From Candidatus Latescibacterota bacterium (GTDB lineage: Bacteria; Latescibacterota; UBA2968; UBA8231), in NCBI GenBank assembly GCA_965248265.1, contig CBDFJF010000001.1, positions 2,688,001 through 2,752,000 of the forward strand: a DNA stretch of 64,000 bases, read 5' to 3'. A program made the translations under genes and the position numbers. The stretch's first letter is position 1. Every line of letters starts with the position of its first letter. Positions 1 through 9,586 of this stretch are shown here, in pieces. A model generated the notes under the pieces. The model was not told where the DNA came from and searched no databases. It was given only the letters and a program-made list of their open reading frames with translations.

Positions 1-532
1 CGGCGAGGAATCATTTCGCGAAGTCGAGAAGGCCATCATGCTGCACTCCGTCGACTCCTGCTGGCAGGAACACCTGTACGAGATGGACGAGTTGAAGGAG
101 GGCGTGGGGTTTGTCGGAGTCGGTGGAAAGAACCCGCTCATCGAGTACAAGAAGGGGGCCTTCGACATGTTCGAGAGCCTCATTTCTCGGGTCAACCAGG
201 AGTCGTTGCGTGCACTGTTTCGGCTGCGTTTTGATCCTCAGTCACCGCTGGATCAACCTGCGCGCACGGGCAGACTGAGCCCCATTCACCGGGAAGCGAC
301 CAACCTGGGGTTCCGCGGCGCGGCCCCGGTACCAGGCGACGACATGCCATTGGGAAAACCGCGGCAACCGGCGGGTTCGGCGCGCGACCAGTTCAGCGGC
401 AGTGGCGGCGGATCCGGGGGTGAGGCCGCGGCCCGCACGCCGGCGCGTGTTGGACCGAAGGTGGGCCGCAACGCCCCATGCCCCTGCGGCAGCGGCAAGA
501 AGTACAAGCGTTGTCATGGCCGCGACGAGTGA
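1..532 (+). CDS. secA: Preprotein translocase SecA, 3' part (truncated by the window start)
   Basis: Frame open from base 2 ([25 protein letters not shown]...NPLIEYKK); ends in SEC-C zinc motif [21 protein letters not shown]. Confidence 0.97.
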   Translation, partial: GEESFREVEKAIMLHSVDSCWQEHLYEMDELKEGVGFVGVGGKNPLIEYKKGAFDMFESLISRVNQESLRALFRLRFDPQSPLDQPARTGRLSPIHREATNLGFRGAAPVPGDDMPLGKPRQPAGSARDQFSGSGGGSGGEAAARTPARVGPKVGRNAPCPCGSGKKYKRCHGRDE

Positions 533-540
533 GTGAATCC

Positions 541-2037
541 ATGGATATCTGGCAGATACTCTGTCTCACCCTCTATTGTGGCATCGTCGCCCTGCTCAGT
601 CTGTACGGGTTCCACCGTTATCACATGATGCGGCTGTACTTCAAGCACTCGGGACCCAGCGAGCCACCCGAAAACCGGTTTGAATCGTTGCCGGGCGTCA
701 CCGTTCAGTTGCCGATATACAACGAGTTCCACGTCGTCGATCGGCTGGTGGAAGCGGTCAGCAAGCTCGACTATCCCCGTGATCGATTACAGGTTCAGGT
801 TCTCGACGACTCGGTAGACGAAACCCGTCAACGTGCCCAGTGTGCGGTGAAGATCCTGCGTGCTCGGGGGCTGGACATCGACTACCTCCACCGCGACTCA
901 CGCGAGGGCTTCAAGGCCGGAGCGCTGGCGGCAGGCCTGGAGCAAGCCAAGCACGAGTACATCTTCATCCTCGACGCCGATTTCGTTCCGCCTCCCGATG
1001 TCCTGAAGCGATCCATCGATTACTTCACCGACGCTCGTATTGGCATGGTGCAGATGCGCTGGGGACATCTCAATCGGAAATACTCCCTGCTTACGAGAAT
1101 CCAGGCCATTTTTCTGGACGGCCATTTGATGATCGAGCACACGGCGAGGAACCGATCCGGGCGGTTCTTCAACTTCAACGGCACAGCCGGAATCTGGCGC
1201 CGCCGCAGCATCGAGGAAGCCGGCGGTTGGCAGCGCGATACACTGACCGAGGACCTGGACTTGAGCTACCGGGCACAACTGGCCGGCTGGAAATTCCTCT
1301 TCCTGCCCGATGTCGAAGTGCCGGCCGAGCTGCCGGTCGAGATAAACGCCTTCAAGACCCAGCAGCACCGATGGACGAAGGGCTCGGTTCAGACCGCGAA
1401 GAAGATTCTGCCCAGGGTTTGGCGAGCACGGGAATTACCGTTGCGCGTCAAGATTGAAGCTACCTTCCACCTCACGGCCAACAGCTGCTACCTGCTGATG
1501 CTGATGATGGCGTTGATGATGTTGCCGGTGCTCACCATTCGGGCTCAGCTTGGGTGGGAGCGGCTCCTGCTCATCGACCTGCCCCTGTTCTCTATGGCGA
1601 CGATGGCCATCTCCGGTTTTTATGTGGTTTCCCAGAGAGCTCTGTACCCTGATTGGCGCCGGCAGATAAAATACCTGCCGGCCTTGATGGCCATCGGCAT
1701 CAGTTTGTGCGTCAGCAACGCGCGCGGAGTGTTCGAAGGATTGATCGGACACCAGAGTGGTTTCAAACGCACTCCGAAGTACGGTGCGACCGAAAAAGGC
1801 TTGGGGTTCGGTGCCAAGTACGCCGGCAAGATAACGATCGTCGCCGTCGCTGAGATCGGCATGGCCTGCTATTTCGCCCTGGTCCTGCACCAGGCCTGGA
1901 GCATCGGACTCTACTTCGGCATACCCTTCCTGCTGCTGTTCCACACCGGCTTTCTCTACACTGGCCTGATGTCGAGTCTGCAGCCGTGGTTGGTGCGTCT
2001 GCGGCGTCCTCAGCCGCTGCCCATCGTGGGTAATTGA
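541..2037 (+). CDS. GT2 membrane glycosyltransferase (cellulose-synthase-like)
   Basis: VQLPIYNE, LDDS, FKAGAL, DADF, TEDLDL and QQHRW motifs; N- and C-terminal TM helices; ATG at 541 chosen over the longer ORF start. Confidence 0.9.
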   Translation: MDIWQILCLTLYCGIVALLSLYGFHRYHMMRLYFKHSGPSEPPENRFESLPGVTVQLPIYNEFHVVDRLVEAVSKLDYPRDRLQVQVLDDSVDETRQRAQCAVKILRARGLDIDYLHRDSREGFKAGALAAGLEQAKHEYIFILDADFVPPPDVLKRSIDYFTDARIGMVQMRWGHLNRKYSLLTRIQAIFLDGHLMIEHTARNRSGRFFNFNGTAGIWRRRSIEEAGGWQRDTLTEDLDLSYRAQLAGWKFLFLPDVEVPAELPVEINAFKTQQHRWTKGSVQTAKKILPRVWRARELPLRVKIEATFHLTANSCYLLMLMMALMMLPVLTIRAQLGWERLLLIDLPLFSMATMAISGFYVVSQRALYPDWRRQIKYLPALMAIGISLCVSNARGVFEGLIGHQSGFKRTPKYGATEKGLGFGAKYAGKITIVAVAEIGMACYFALVLHQAWSIGLYFGIPFLLLFHTGFLYTGLMSSLQPWLVRLRRPQPLPIVGN

Positions 2038-2048
2038 ACTACACGATT

Positions 2049-2097
2049 AAAGAAAAAGGCCGTCCGGCAAATCATTGCGGGACGGCCTCTTTTTTTT
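2049..2097. terminator. Bidirectional intrinsic terminator
   Basis: A-tract, stem AGGCCGTCC-GCAA/TTGC-GGACGGCCT, T-tract; lies between convergent genes. Confidence 0.85.
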
Positions 2098-2121
2098 GCT
2101 GTACCTATCTATTGGGCGGCG

Positions 2122-2604
2122 TTATTTCCGCGGAGGCCACGCCAGCTTGTACTCGTCCGATTCCAGATCTTTGCGCCCCAATAACACCACGACTGACGGA
2201 TAGAAGCGGCCGCCGACAGAAGTACGCAACTTCGAGAAGCCGATTTTTACCGAATGCGCCTGGCGCTTCAGATCACCGGTCTTGTCCGTGGCCACACGGG
2301 AAGCCTCCTTGAAGGACCGCAGGTACAGTTCGTGTGTGCTTCTCAAGGTGTTATCATCCGGGTCGGGCATGATTCCTACGGCGGCGGCGTAATCCGCGAG
2401 CAACTTGCGCGCCGCGAGTATGTCCTTCTCCGTCTTCTCTGTGGAGAGATCGCCCAAGGTCTCGATATAGTTTTGAACCTGGACGTTGTAGTGATGGAAT
2501 TTTTGGATGGTCTTCACATACTGTTTCAGCTCCTCGACCTGAGCCTCATCACCACAGCTCAATAGACCCAGAGCCAATGCAAATGCCGTGATCGTCTTCA
2601 GCAT
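2122..2604 (-). CDS. Hypothetical helical lipoprotein
   Basis: Signal peptide with lipobox MLKTITAFALALGLLS-C. Confidence 0.75.
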   Translation of the reverse strand: MLKTITAFALALGLLSCGDEAQVEELKQYVKTIQKFHHYNVQVQNYIETLGDLSTEKTEKDILAARKLLADYAAAVGIMPDPDDNTLRSTHELYLRSFKEASRVATDKTGDLKRQAHSVKIGFSKLRTSVGGRFYPSVVVLLGRKDLESDEYKLAWPPRK

Positions 2605-2664
2605 CTCAGACCTCCCACTTGGGTTTGGGCAGCACGCGGCCGCACCATTTCACCATGTTACCGA

Positions 2665-3270
2665 CTATCCCGTACCGTCTGCGACCGCTACGGTCTGCGC
2701 ATCCTCTTGACGATCGCCGGCCAGACCGATTACACCGGCCGCGGACTGCAGGGCTTCTAGGACAAACTGAATATGCTCGTCCAACTCCATGCCGAGCTCG
2801 GTCGCACCCTGGGTTATGTCCTCGCGGTTCACACCCTCGGCGAATGTTCGCTGTTTCCACTTCTTCTTGATGGAACTGAGCTTCACGTCCAGGACGCTGC
2901 GGCTCGGCCGCACCAGTGCTACTGCCGTGATCAACCCGCACAACTCGTCAACGGCGAACAGGGCGCGATCCATCGGACTGTTGCGCTCCAGTTCGAGGTA
3001 CTGGGCATGAGACAGAATCGCGTAGATGACATCCTCGTCGCATCCCGCCGACCGCAGAATCTCGGCCCCCTTCTTCGGGTGATTCTCAGGCTCCGGCCAT
3101 CGCTCGTAGTCGAAATCGTGGAGTAAGCCGGTGGCGCCCCAGCGATCCTCGTCCCCGCCCAAACTACGCGCGTAGGCTCGCATGGCAGCCTCGACCGCCA
3201 GAGCATGATTGAGGAGGCTTTGACCCTGGGTGTACTCGGTCAACAGGGCCCATGCACGAGTGCGTTCCAT
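2665..3270 (-). CDS. HD-domain metal-dependent phosphohydrolase
   Basis: H...GLLHDFDYE...H...SH...AVDEL motifs. Confidence 0.88.
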   Translation of the reverse strand: MERTRAWALLTEYTQGQSLLNHALAVEAAMRAYARSLGGDEDRWGATGLLHDFDYERWPEPENHPKKGAEILRSAGCDEDVIYAILSHAQYLELERNSPMDRALFAVDELCGLITAVALVRPSRSVLDVKLSSIKKKWKQRTFAEGVNREDITQGATELGMELDEHIQFVLEALQSAAGVIGLAGDRQEDAQTVAVADGTG

Positions 3271-3363
3271 AGTGATGGATCAAGCTTGAGAGTAGGCTGC
3301 CAGCCGGGTCACGGACGGTTTTTTTGGCGTGGCTTCAGCACATTTTTGGCTGTTTCGGGCTGT

Positions 3364-3392
3364 AACGTACGGCGGATTTTTTGGAAAAGCAA
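3364..3392 (-). promoter_or_regulatory. Putative sigma70 promoter for HD gene
   Basis: TTGCTT-N17-TACGTT on minus strand. Confidence 0.45.
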
Positions 3393-3413
3393 GCATATAC
3401 AGTGGTCTGTGTG

Positions 3414-3442
3414 TTGACCCATAGCACAGAGAAAAATACCTT
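3414..3442 (+). promoter_or_regulatory. Putative sigma70 promoter for purC
   Basis: TTGACC-N17-TACCTT. Confidence 0.5.
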
Positions 3443-3493
3443 CAAAGCCGTCCGTTTGGCCCAACACAACTACTGGATTCGGAGTAAAAGAGA

Positions 3494-4462
3494 ATGATCG
3501 ATACCAGCGTGCTCAAGAGTGAGCTCGACAACTGTCTTCTGGATGCCCGCTTTGACCGTTGGAAAGGCTCCTACCAGCAGGGCAAGGTGAGGGATATGTA
3601 CCTGTTGGAGGACAAGCGCATCCTCATCACTACCGACCGCCAGAGCGCCTTCGACCACGTTTTGGGTACCATTCCGTTGAAGGGGCAGGTGCTCAACCGC
3701 ATCGCCGAATTCTGGTTCGAGCGCACCCGAGATATCGTCGCCAACCACGTGATTGCCGTTCCCGACGGCAACATCACCGTGGCCGAAGAGCTGGAGATGA
3801 TTCCTGTGGAGATCGTCGTCAGACGCTACCTGACAGGCAGCACCGACACCTCTGTGTGGACGCACTATGACCGCGGCGTTCGCAACTTCTGCGGCATCGA
3901 TCTGGAAGACGGCATGGTCAAGAATCAGCCCTTCGACGGCCCCATCATTACCCCCAGTACGAAGGCCGACGATCACGACGAATCGGTGTCCCGAGAGCAG
4001 ATTCTGGAGCGTGGCCTCGTGGAGGAGAACACCTGGGAGCAGATTGAGGAGATCGCGCTGGCATTGTTTGCACGCGGCACGGAGGTGGCAGCGCAGCAAG
4101 GCTTGATTCTTGTGGACACGAAGTATGAAATGGGGATCAATAGCGAGGGCGCCATCGCCGTCGCCGATGAGATCCACACCCCTGACTCCTCGCGCTACTG
4201 GATTGCCGAATCCTATGAGCCCCGGCACGCTGCCGGGGAGGAGCCAGAGAGCCTGGACAAGGAATTCCTGCGCCTGTGGCTGAGGGACAAAGGGATCTCG
4301 GATGACAATGTACCCGAACTCGACGACGAGATTCGCATTCAGGTAGCCGAGCGCTACATCGACCTGTACGAGCGCGTGACGGGCGGGGAGTTTGTGGTCG
4401 ATTTGAATGGAGTACCCGTGCGGGAGCGGATCGAAGCTGTCATCGCCCCCTACTTGGGCTGA
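3494..4462 (+). CDS. purC: SAICAR synthetase
   Basis: GKVRD, TDRQSAFD, KGQVL, ITPSTKA, LVDTKYE, DEIHTPDSSRYW, LDKE motifs. Confidence 0.96.
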   Translation: MIDTSVLKSELDNCLLDARFDRWKGSYQQGKVRDMYLLEDKRILITTDRQSAFDHVLGTIPLKGQVLNRIAEFWFERTRDIVANHVIAVPDGNITVAEELEMIPVEIVVRRYLTGSTDTSVWTHYDRGVRNFCGIDLEDGMVKNQPFDGPIITPSTKADDHDESVSREQILERGLVEENTWEQIEEIALALFARGTEVAAQQGLILVDTKYEMGINSEGAIAVADEIHTPDSSRYWIAESYEPRHAAGEEPESLDKEFLRLWLRDKGISDDNVPELDDEIRIQVAERYIDLYERVTGGEFVVDLNGVPVRERIEAVIAPYLG

Positions 4463-4662
4463 TTCGTGTTCAAGAGTCTGATCAGCGCCGCCCTGGTGTT
4501 CCGCCTCCATCTGAGGGAACCACCCGTCGATTGGGGCTCGGTCTTGCTTGCGTGGCTGCATCGCCCAGTAATTGAGATCATGCTGCCGGCAGAAGCACAG
4601 TCGGCCAGCACAGACGATACCCGCGGTCTGGTAGACAACCTCAATTCCGTGTACCCGTTCTG

Positions 4663-4941
4663 ATGCTTCACCGCCAACTGCGCTCAGCCCTGGAGGAGAT
4701 CTTCGGCCCTGACTTCGTCACCGATGCGCTCAGCCAGGCCGAACTGGCCCAGAGCGTGATCCATGAGTCCCCGGACCAGTTCAGGAAGGCGGTACTCGGT
4801 TTCCAGCGACTCAACTACCGCGACGAGCAGACGGCCTACGCCGATCAGCTGGAGCGTCCGTTCGGTGTCGCCCTCATATGCTCGTTGCTCGACACGTCGA
4901 CGCGTGAGTTCGTCGCCGAGTTGGGACTGAACTACCTCTAA
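4663..4941 (+). CDS. Hypothetical protein, 92 aa
   Basis: Strong GC3 codon bias and protein-like helical sequence; no recognised motif. Confidence 0.65.
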   Translation: MLHRQLRSALEEIFGPDFVTDALSQAELAQSVIHESPDQFRKAVLGFQRLNYRDEQTAYADQLERPFGVALICSLLDTSTREFVAELGLNYL

Positions 4942-5084
4942 CCGAGCTCCCTTGGTCGGAGAGTGAGCCTCCCGGATAGTGGTTTTTTGCCTATCTTTTA
5001 TCGTCCCTGAGTTCGATCTAGGGGCAGTCCAGCACCCAAAGCTCCATTTTCCGAAATCATCGGCCGGCGGCGAGGCACCATGGA

Positions 5085-5960
5085 GTGCAATCCCGTCTCG
5101 TGTCGGACCACGTCTCAGCGAAGAGCACATTCTTGCCGTACGATCTGGCTGACCTGCACGTCCACACATACTGCTCGGATGGTTTACGCACACCAACCGA
5201 GGCGGTCGAGGAAGCTCGTGATGCCGGAGTCCGGATCCTGGGACTGACCGATCACGATTCTGTCGCCGGCATCGACGAGGCCACCGCGGTTGGTGTGGAC
5301 CTCGGAGTCAAACTCGTCCCGGGCACTGAGTTGTCCGCCCAGATTGACGGTAGGGAAATCCACTTGTTGGCCTATTTCATCGACTGGCACAGCCAGACGC
5401 TGTCCGATTACCTGGCTCTGTTCCAGGAGCGTCGCCACGCCCGGGGTGTCGCCATCGTGGAACGACTGAACGCCTTGGGCATCCAACTCACTATCGAGGA
5501 TGTTCTGGCCCAGGCTGAGGGCGGGCTGGTGGGACGACCCCACGTGGCCGCGGCCTTGGTGGCCCGCGGCGCCGTGGCCTCGAAAGAAGAGGCCTTTGAC
5601 CGCTATATCGGAGACCGAAAACCTGCGGTGGTGGCCAAGCCAAATGCGTCGGCCAAGGACGTAATCTGTATGGTGCATCGAGTCGGCGGGGTGGCCGTAC
5701 TGGCCCATCCCGGGGCCAGCTGCCCCGAAGCACTGGTGACGCAGCTGGTTGCCGCCGGATTGGACGGCATCGAGGTGTATCACCCCGCTCATCTACCCCC
5801 TCAAATCGACCACTACTCCCGTCTCGTAGAGCGTTTCGGGCTGGTGGCCTCCGGGGGTTCCGACAGCCATGGGGAGCCGACCGGTTCCGTGATCGGTTCC
5901 TACGGTATCGGATGCGACGCCGTCGACGCACTGGAGGCACGCGCCTCCTCGCATGCCTGA
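5085..5960 (+). CDS. PHP-domain phosphoesterase (TrpH/YciV-like); start uncertain
   Basis: ADLHVHTYCSDG, LTDHD, GTELS, GRPH, LAHP, GGSDSHG. Confidence 0.92.
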   Translation: MQSRLVSDHVSAKSTFLPYDLADLHVHTYCSDGLRTPTEAVEEARDAGVRILGLTDHDSVAGIDEATAVGVDLGVKLVPGTELSAQIDGREIHLLAYFIDWHSQTLSDYLALFQERRHARGVAIVERLNALGIQLTIEDVLAQAEGGLVGRPHVAAALVARGAVASKEEAFDRYIGDRKPAVVAKPNASAKDVICMVHRVGGVAVLAHPGASCPEALVTQLVAAGLDGIEVYHPAHLPPQIDHYSRLVERFGLVASGGSDSHGEPTGSVIGSYGIGCDAVDALEARASSHA

Positions 5961-6020
5961 GTCGCCTCGGCTGCGACCTTTTCGTCCTCGCACGCCTGAG
6001 TCGCCTCGGCTGCGATCCTT
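5946..6020 (+). repeat. Two-copy tandem repeat, 39-bp period, spanning the PHP gene stop codon
   Basis: TCCTCGCA(T/C)GCCTGAGTCGCCTCGGCTGCGA at 5946 and 5985. Confidence 0.9.
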
Positions 6021-6032
6021 CAACTCGCGAAT

Positions 6033-7733
6033 ATGAATCGAAAACTCGAGATCCGGTTGGTCCTTACTCAGACTCTTGCACTGACACTCTTCCTGCTGCA
6101 ACCGCTGGTTTTCATGAATCGCGTCGAGGCTGAAGGCCTGGTGCTGAATCTGCCACAGCAGTCACAGCAGGATGAACCCGAGGGTCCCCTGCCTGGACTC
6201 GTCGGTACCTCGATCGCCGACATTGCCTGGAGTGGACGCCATCTTTGGGTAGCCACCGAGAAAGGGTTGGCCAGGTTGGACCCGCGTCAACAATCTGGAC
6301 TCAACGCCGAGGACTGGGTCACCTATGGAGAGGCCAACGGCATGGGGCGTGGTGCGGTCAGCGCCCTGGCAGCCATCGATAGTACCATCTGGGTGGCGAC
6401 GCTCGTGGATAGCACCGAGCAGGCCGGTAACGGCCTGAGCTTCTCCCGGGACGCCGGTGACCACTGGCAGCATATACCCAACAACGTCATCTTCGATCCA
6501 AGAGTCCCTGGTTTCGAGCAAGGCCCGTTTACACAGCTCCAGAATGCGTGTTTCGGTTTGGCCATCGACGGTGAGAACATCTGGGCCACCTTCTTCGCCG
6601 GCTCGGTGGTGCGCTCCCGGGACGGCGGCGCAACCTGGGAACGCGTCCTGCCCGACGGCGCTGACCAAATTGTCTTCGTGGATTCTGACACGGAGGCTGA
6701 CAGGCTGCAGCTTGTCGCCGACAGCCTGTCCATCGCCGGCGCCCCGCAGGCCGCCATCGACGCGGCCCGAGCTGAGGCCGACAGCGTGTTGAGTCAATCC
6801 GGCCTTCATCGAACATTCTCGGTTGCCGCCTACGACGACACGGTGTGGATCGGTACCGCGAGTGGCATTGCCCGCAGCTTTGACGGTGGCGATACCTGGA
6901 CCAACCTGAAGGCCCGGTTGGACCCCAGCGGGGCACTGGTTACCGGCGGCCTGGGAGCGAACTGGGTCGTCGCCCTCGAGCGCCAGCTGCGGACCGATGG
7001 GGTCAGTGTAATATGGGCGGGCACCCGGTTGACGACCGACCCTGATGGTCAGGTCGAAGCCTTCAACTACAGTGAGGACGATGGAGAGACGTGGAATTCT
7101 GGAGGACCGACCTTCGCCTGGGATTTCGCTTTCTCTGCCGACTCCGTCTGGGCCAGCAGTGAGGACGGGGTGTTCGTCAGTGCGGATGGTGGCCAGATGT
7201 GGGAGAATGTCGTCATAGAAGATGAAACCCGCCGCGAGCAACTGCGCGGCCAGTCGGTCGGCGCTGAGACCGTGCCCATGGACGACGGCACCACGCTGCT
7301 GTGGGTCGGCGCCTCCACCGGGTTGGGACGTTCCGACGACGGGGGTCAGAGTTGGACCATATTGTCTTTCCCGGTGAAAACCTTCTCTGTCGACACGAAT
7401 GGAATCATCGGACAGGCCGGCATCGTAGACGACATACACAAACCGACAACCTACGCAGCGCCCAATCCCTTCTCGCCCTCTCGCGACGACCGCGCCAGGT
7501 TGGTATACAGCCTCACCCACACTACCGAAGTCACCATCGATATCTACGATGTTGCCAGCAGACACGTGCGCACCCTGATCTCGGGCGAGACGCGTGATGG
7601 GGCCCTCAACCATGGCGACAATTGGGACGGCAGGGATAACGATGGCGATGTTGTGGCCAACGGCGTCTACTTTTTCCGCGTGGAGACCTCAAACGGCCAT
7701 CGGGCCTTCGGCAAGGTTGTGGTGCTCAATTGA
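6033..7733 (+). CDS. Secreted Asp-box/BNR beta-propeller protein with C-terminal FlgD-Ig domain
   Basis: Signal peptide; repeated S-x-D-x-G-x-x-W boxes (SRDGGATW, SFDGGDTW, SEDDGETW, SDDGGQSW); C-terminal APNPF...IYD...WDGRD...VANGVYF...KVVVLN. Confidence 0.85.
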   Translation: MNRKLEIRLVLTQTLALTLFLLQPLVFMNRVEAEGLVLNLPQQSQQDEPEGPLPGLVGTSIADIAWSGRHLWVATEKGLARLDPRQQSGLNAEDWVTYGEANGMGRGAVSALAAIDSTIWVATLVDSTEQAGNGLSFSRDAGDHWQHIPNNVIFDPRVPGFEQGPFTQLQNACFGLAIDGENIWATFFAGSVVRSRDGGATWERVLPDGADQIVFVDSDTEADRLQLVADSLSIAGAPQAAIDAARAEADSVLSQSGLHRTFSVAAYDDTVWIGTASGIARSFDGGDTWTNLKARLDPSGALVTGGLGANWVVALERQLRTDGVSVIWAGTRLTTDPDGQVEAFNYSEDDGETWNSGGPTFAWDFAFSADSVWASSEDGVFVSADGGQMWENVVIEDETRREQLRGQSVGAETVPMDDGTTLLWVGASTGLGRSDDGGQSWTILSFPVKTFSVDTNGIIGQAGIVDDIHKPTTYAAPNPFSPSRDDRARLVYSLTHTTEVTIDIYDVASRHVRTLISGETRDGALNHGDNWDGRDNDGDVVANGVYFFRVETSNGHRAFGKVVVLN

Positions 7734-8674
7734 TTGATCGCATTCGACTGCTCGCGGTCCTGGCCATCTTCGCCACATCTGTTACTGCGATTGATGCCGC
7801 CGATTACGCCGGCGCCTTTCTCGAGACCACCGTTGGCGCTCGCGGTCTGGGTATGGGTGGCGCCTTCGCAGCCGCCGTCGACGATGCCTCGGCCACGTTC
7901 TGGAACCCGGCGGGGTTGGCCGGAAACCGGGGCAAGGGCATTGTCGCTACGGTGCAACCGCGTTCTCTCGATCGCAAGCAGAGCAGCATTGCTGGTGCCT
8001 TCAATGGCCGCGGTGGACTCGGATTCGGTTTCGCCTGGGTTCACGCGGGGGTGGATGATATCATCGGTCGCACCGGATCGGGGGAGCCCTTTGGAAACAT
8101 CGAAAACGGCGAAAACGCCTTGATCTTCGGCCTCGGGATCCCCGTCAACCCCCATCTCTCCATCGGTTTTGCGGTAAAGACCATCCGCCACGAGATCAAA
8201 GTGCCCCAGTCGGGTTCTTCGTCGGGTACCGGCCGAGCCCTGGATCTAGGCCTCGTCTACACCTTGCCTGGCGACACCAGAGTGGGTCTTGCGTTACGGA
8301 ATATCAGTGGACGAATCAGCTGGTCGGTAGAACGACGAGCGGGCCAGACCAGCAAGTCCAAGGATCAGCTGCCGACGACGGTGATCCTCGGTGTCGCCCA
8401 CCGCCCGCGGGAGGGAGTGACCGTTGCCCTGGATGCGCAATCAAGCAATGTCGAAACCACCCTCAGCACCGGGATGGAATGGAAGGTGAACCCGATGCTC
8501 AGTGTGGGCGGGGGACTCAACCGCGCCGGCTCCGAGTCGAATGTCGGCTACCCTGCATTTTCCGTGGCCGTGCGTCCCATGCAAATCGACAGGTTCCAAT
8601 TGCACTACACCTACGTCACCGACGACCTCGACGCCGGCGCCCTGTTCGTGGCAGGCCTGTCCCTGCAGTGGTGA
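7730..8674 (+). CDS. PorV/PorQ-like outer-membrane beta-barrel
   Basis: Signal peptide; AFL...GARGLGMGGAF...DDASATFWNPAGL; terminal W; TTG start overlaps the upstream stop. Confidence 0.82.
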   Translation: MIDRIRLLAVLAIFATSVTAIDAADYAGAFLETTVGARGLGMGGAFAAAVDDASATFWNPAGLAGNRGKGIVATVQPRSLDRKQSSIAGAFNGRGGLGFGFAWVHAGVDDIIGRTGSGEPFGNIENGENALIFGLGIPVNPHLSIGFAVKTIRHEIKVPQSGSSSGTGRALDLGLVYTLPGDTRVGLALRNISGRISWSVERRAGQTSKSKDQLPTTVILGVAHRPREGVTVALDAQSSNVETTLSTGMEWKVNPMLSVGGGLNRAGSESNVGYPAFSVAVRPMQIDRFQLHYTYVTDDLDAGALFVAGLSLQW

Positions 8675-8679
8675 GGCCA

Positions 8680-9576
8680 ATGCGATCAACTTCTGTGGTC
8701 GCCAGGCGTGGTGCGGGGCTTCTGGTCCTGCTGACGGCCTTTTTCAGTACGTTGCCATTGGCCGCGGACACCACCGGGTTGCCGTTTCTGCGCCTGGGCA
8801 GCAATGCTCGCGTTTCGGCCTTGGGCGGAGCCGGCACCGCGTTGCTGGACGGTCAGGCCTTTGCGACCAACCCCGCGGCCCTGTCTCCTTCGAGTGCACG
8901 AGTTTTCGGCGTCACCCACAGTGAGTGGATTCAGCAGATAAGGCACGAATACATCAATGCAGCGTGGGAGCGCCCATCCGGCGCCATCGGTTTGGCAGTG
9001 CTGGTCTCCCATGTCGACGAGCTGGAGCGGAGAATACAACCAAGCGTGAATCCCCTGGGTACCTTCGGGGTCTCCGAGTGGGCGGCCGGGATCACGGCCA
9101 ATCGCGATCTGACCGCGCAGTTGCGTGCCGGAGCAACCGCCCGGTTTGTGCGCCAGTCCGTGTTCACGGAGGCTGCGGCGGGCGGCGCCATCGATATCGG
9201 ACTGCTTTACAGTGCCAGCCCTGCCTGGATGCTGGGAGCTGCGTTGAGCAACCTGGGAACCTTGAGCCGTCTCGACCGCGAGGGTACCGATTTGCCGTTG
9301 CAGATCAAAGTCGGCAACGTCGTGACGCGTTCGGACTGGTTGGTGTCCGCCGATGCGCAATGGGCGCGCGGAAGCGGCGGTTCACTTCACCTTGGAACGG
9401 AATGGGCACCGCACCCCGGATTCACCTTGCGCACTGGTTATCAGACCTCCGATACCCGGCACTTCTCCTTCGGAACAGGTGTGGCCTCTGGCGGCTGGCA
9501 CCTAGATTATACCTTCGTGCCATTCCGCGATGATCTTGGTGACGCCCACCGCCTCAGCCTTCACCTTCGCGGTTGA
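8680..9576 (+). CDS. Second PorV/PorQ-like outer-membrane beta-barrel
   Basis: PFLRLGSNARVSALGGAG...NPAAL, DIGLLY, LPLQIKVG, LDYTF...LGDAHRLSL. Confidence 0.82.
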   Translation: MRSTSVVARRGAGLLVLLTAFFSTLPLAADTTGLPFLRLGSNARVSALGGAGTALLDGQAFATNPAALSPSSARVFGVTHSEWIQQIRHEYINAAWERPSGAIGLAVLVSHVDELERRIQPSVNPLGTFGVSEWAAGITANRDLTAQLRAGATARFVRQSVFTEAAAGGAIDIGLLYSASPAWMLGAALSNLGTLSRLDREGTDLPLQIKVGNVVTRSDWLVSADAQWARGSGGSLHLGTEWAPHPGFTLRTGYQTSDTRHFSFGTGVASGGWHLDYTFVPFRDDLGDAHRLSLHLRG

Positions 9577-9586
9577 GTCAGCCGTC

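Noticed and set aside
4466-4663. 65-aa ORF abutting the 4663 gene
   Set aside because: No RBS, weak codon bias and no motif; not called as a CDS.
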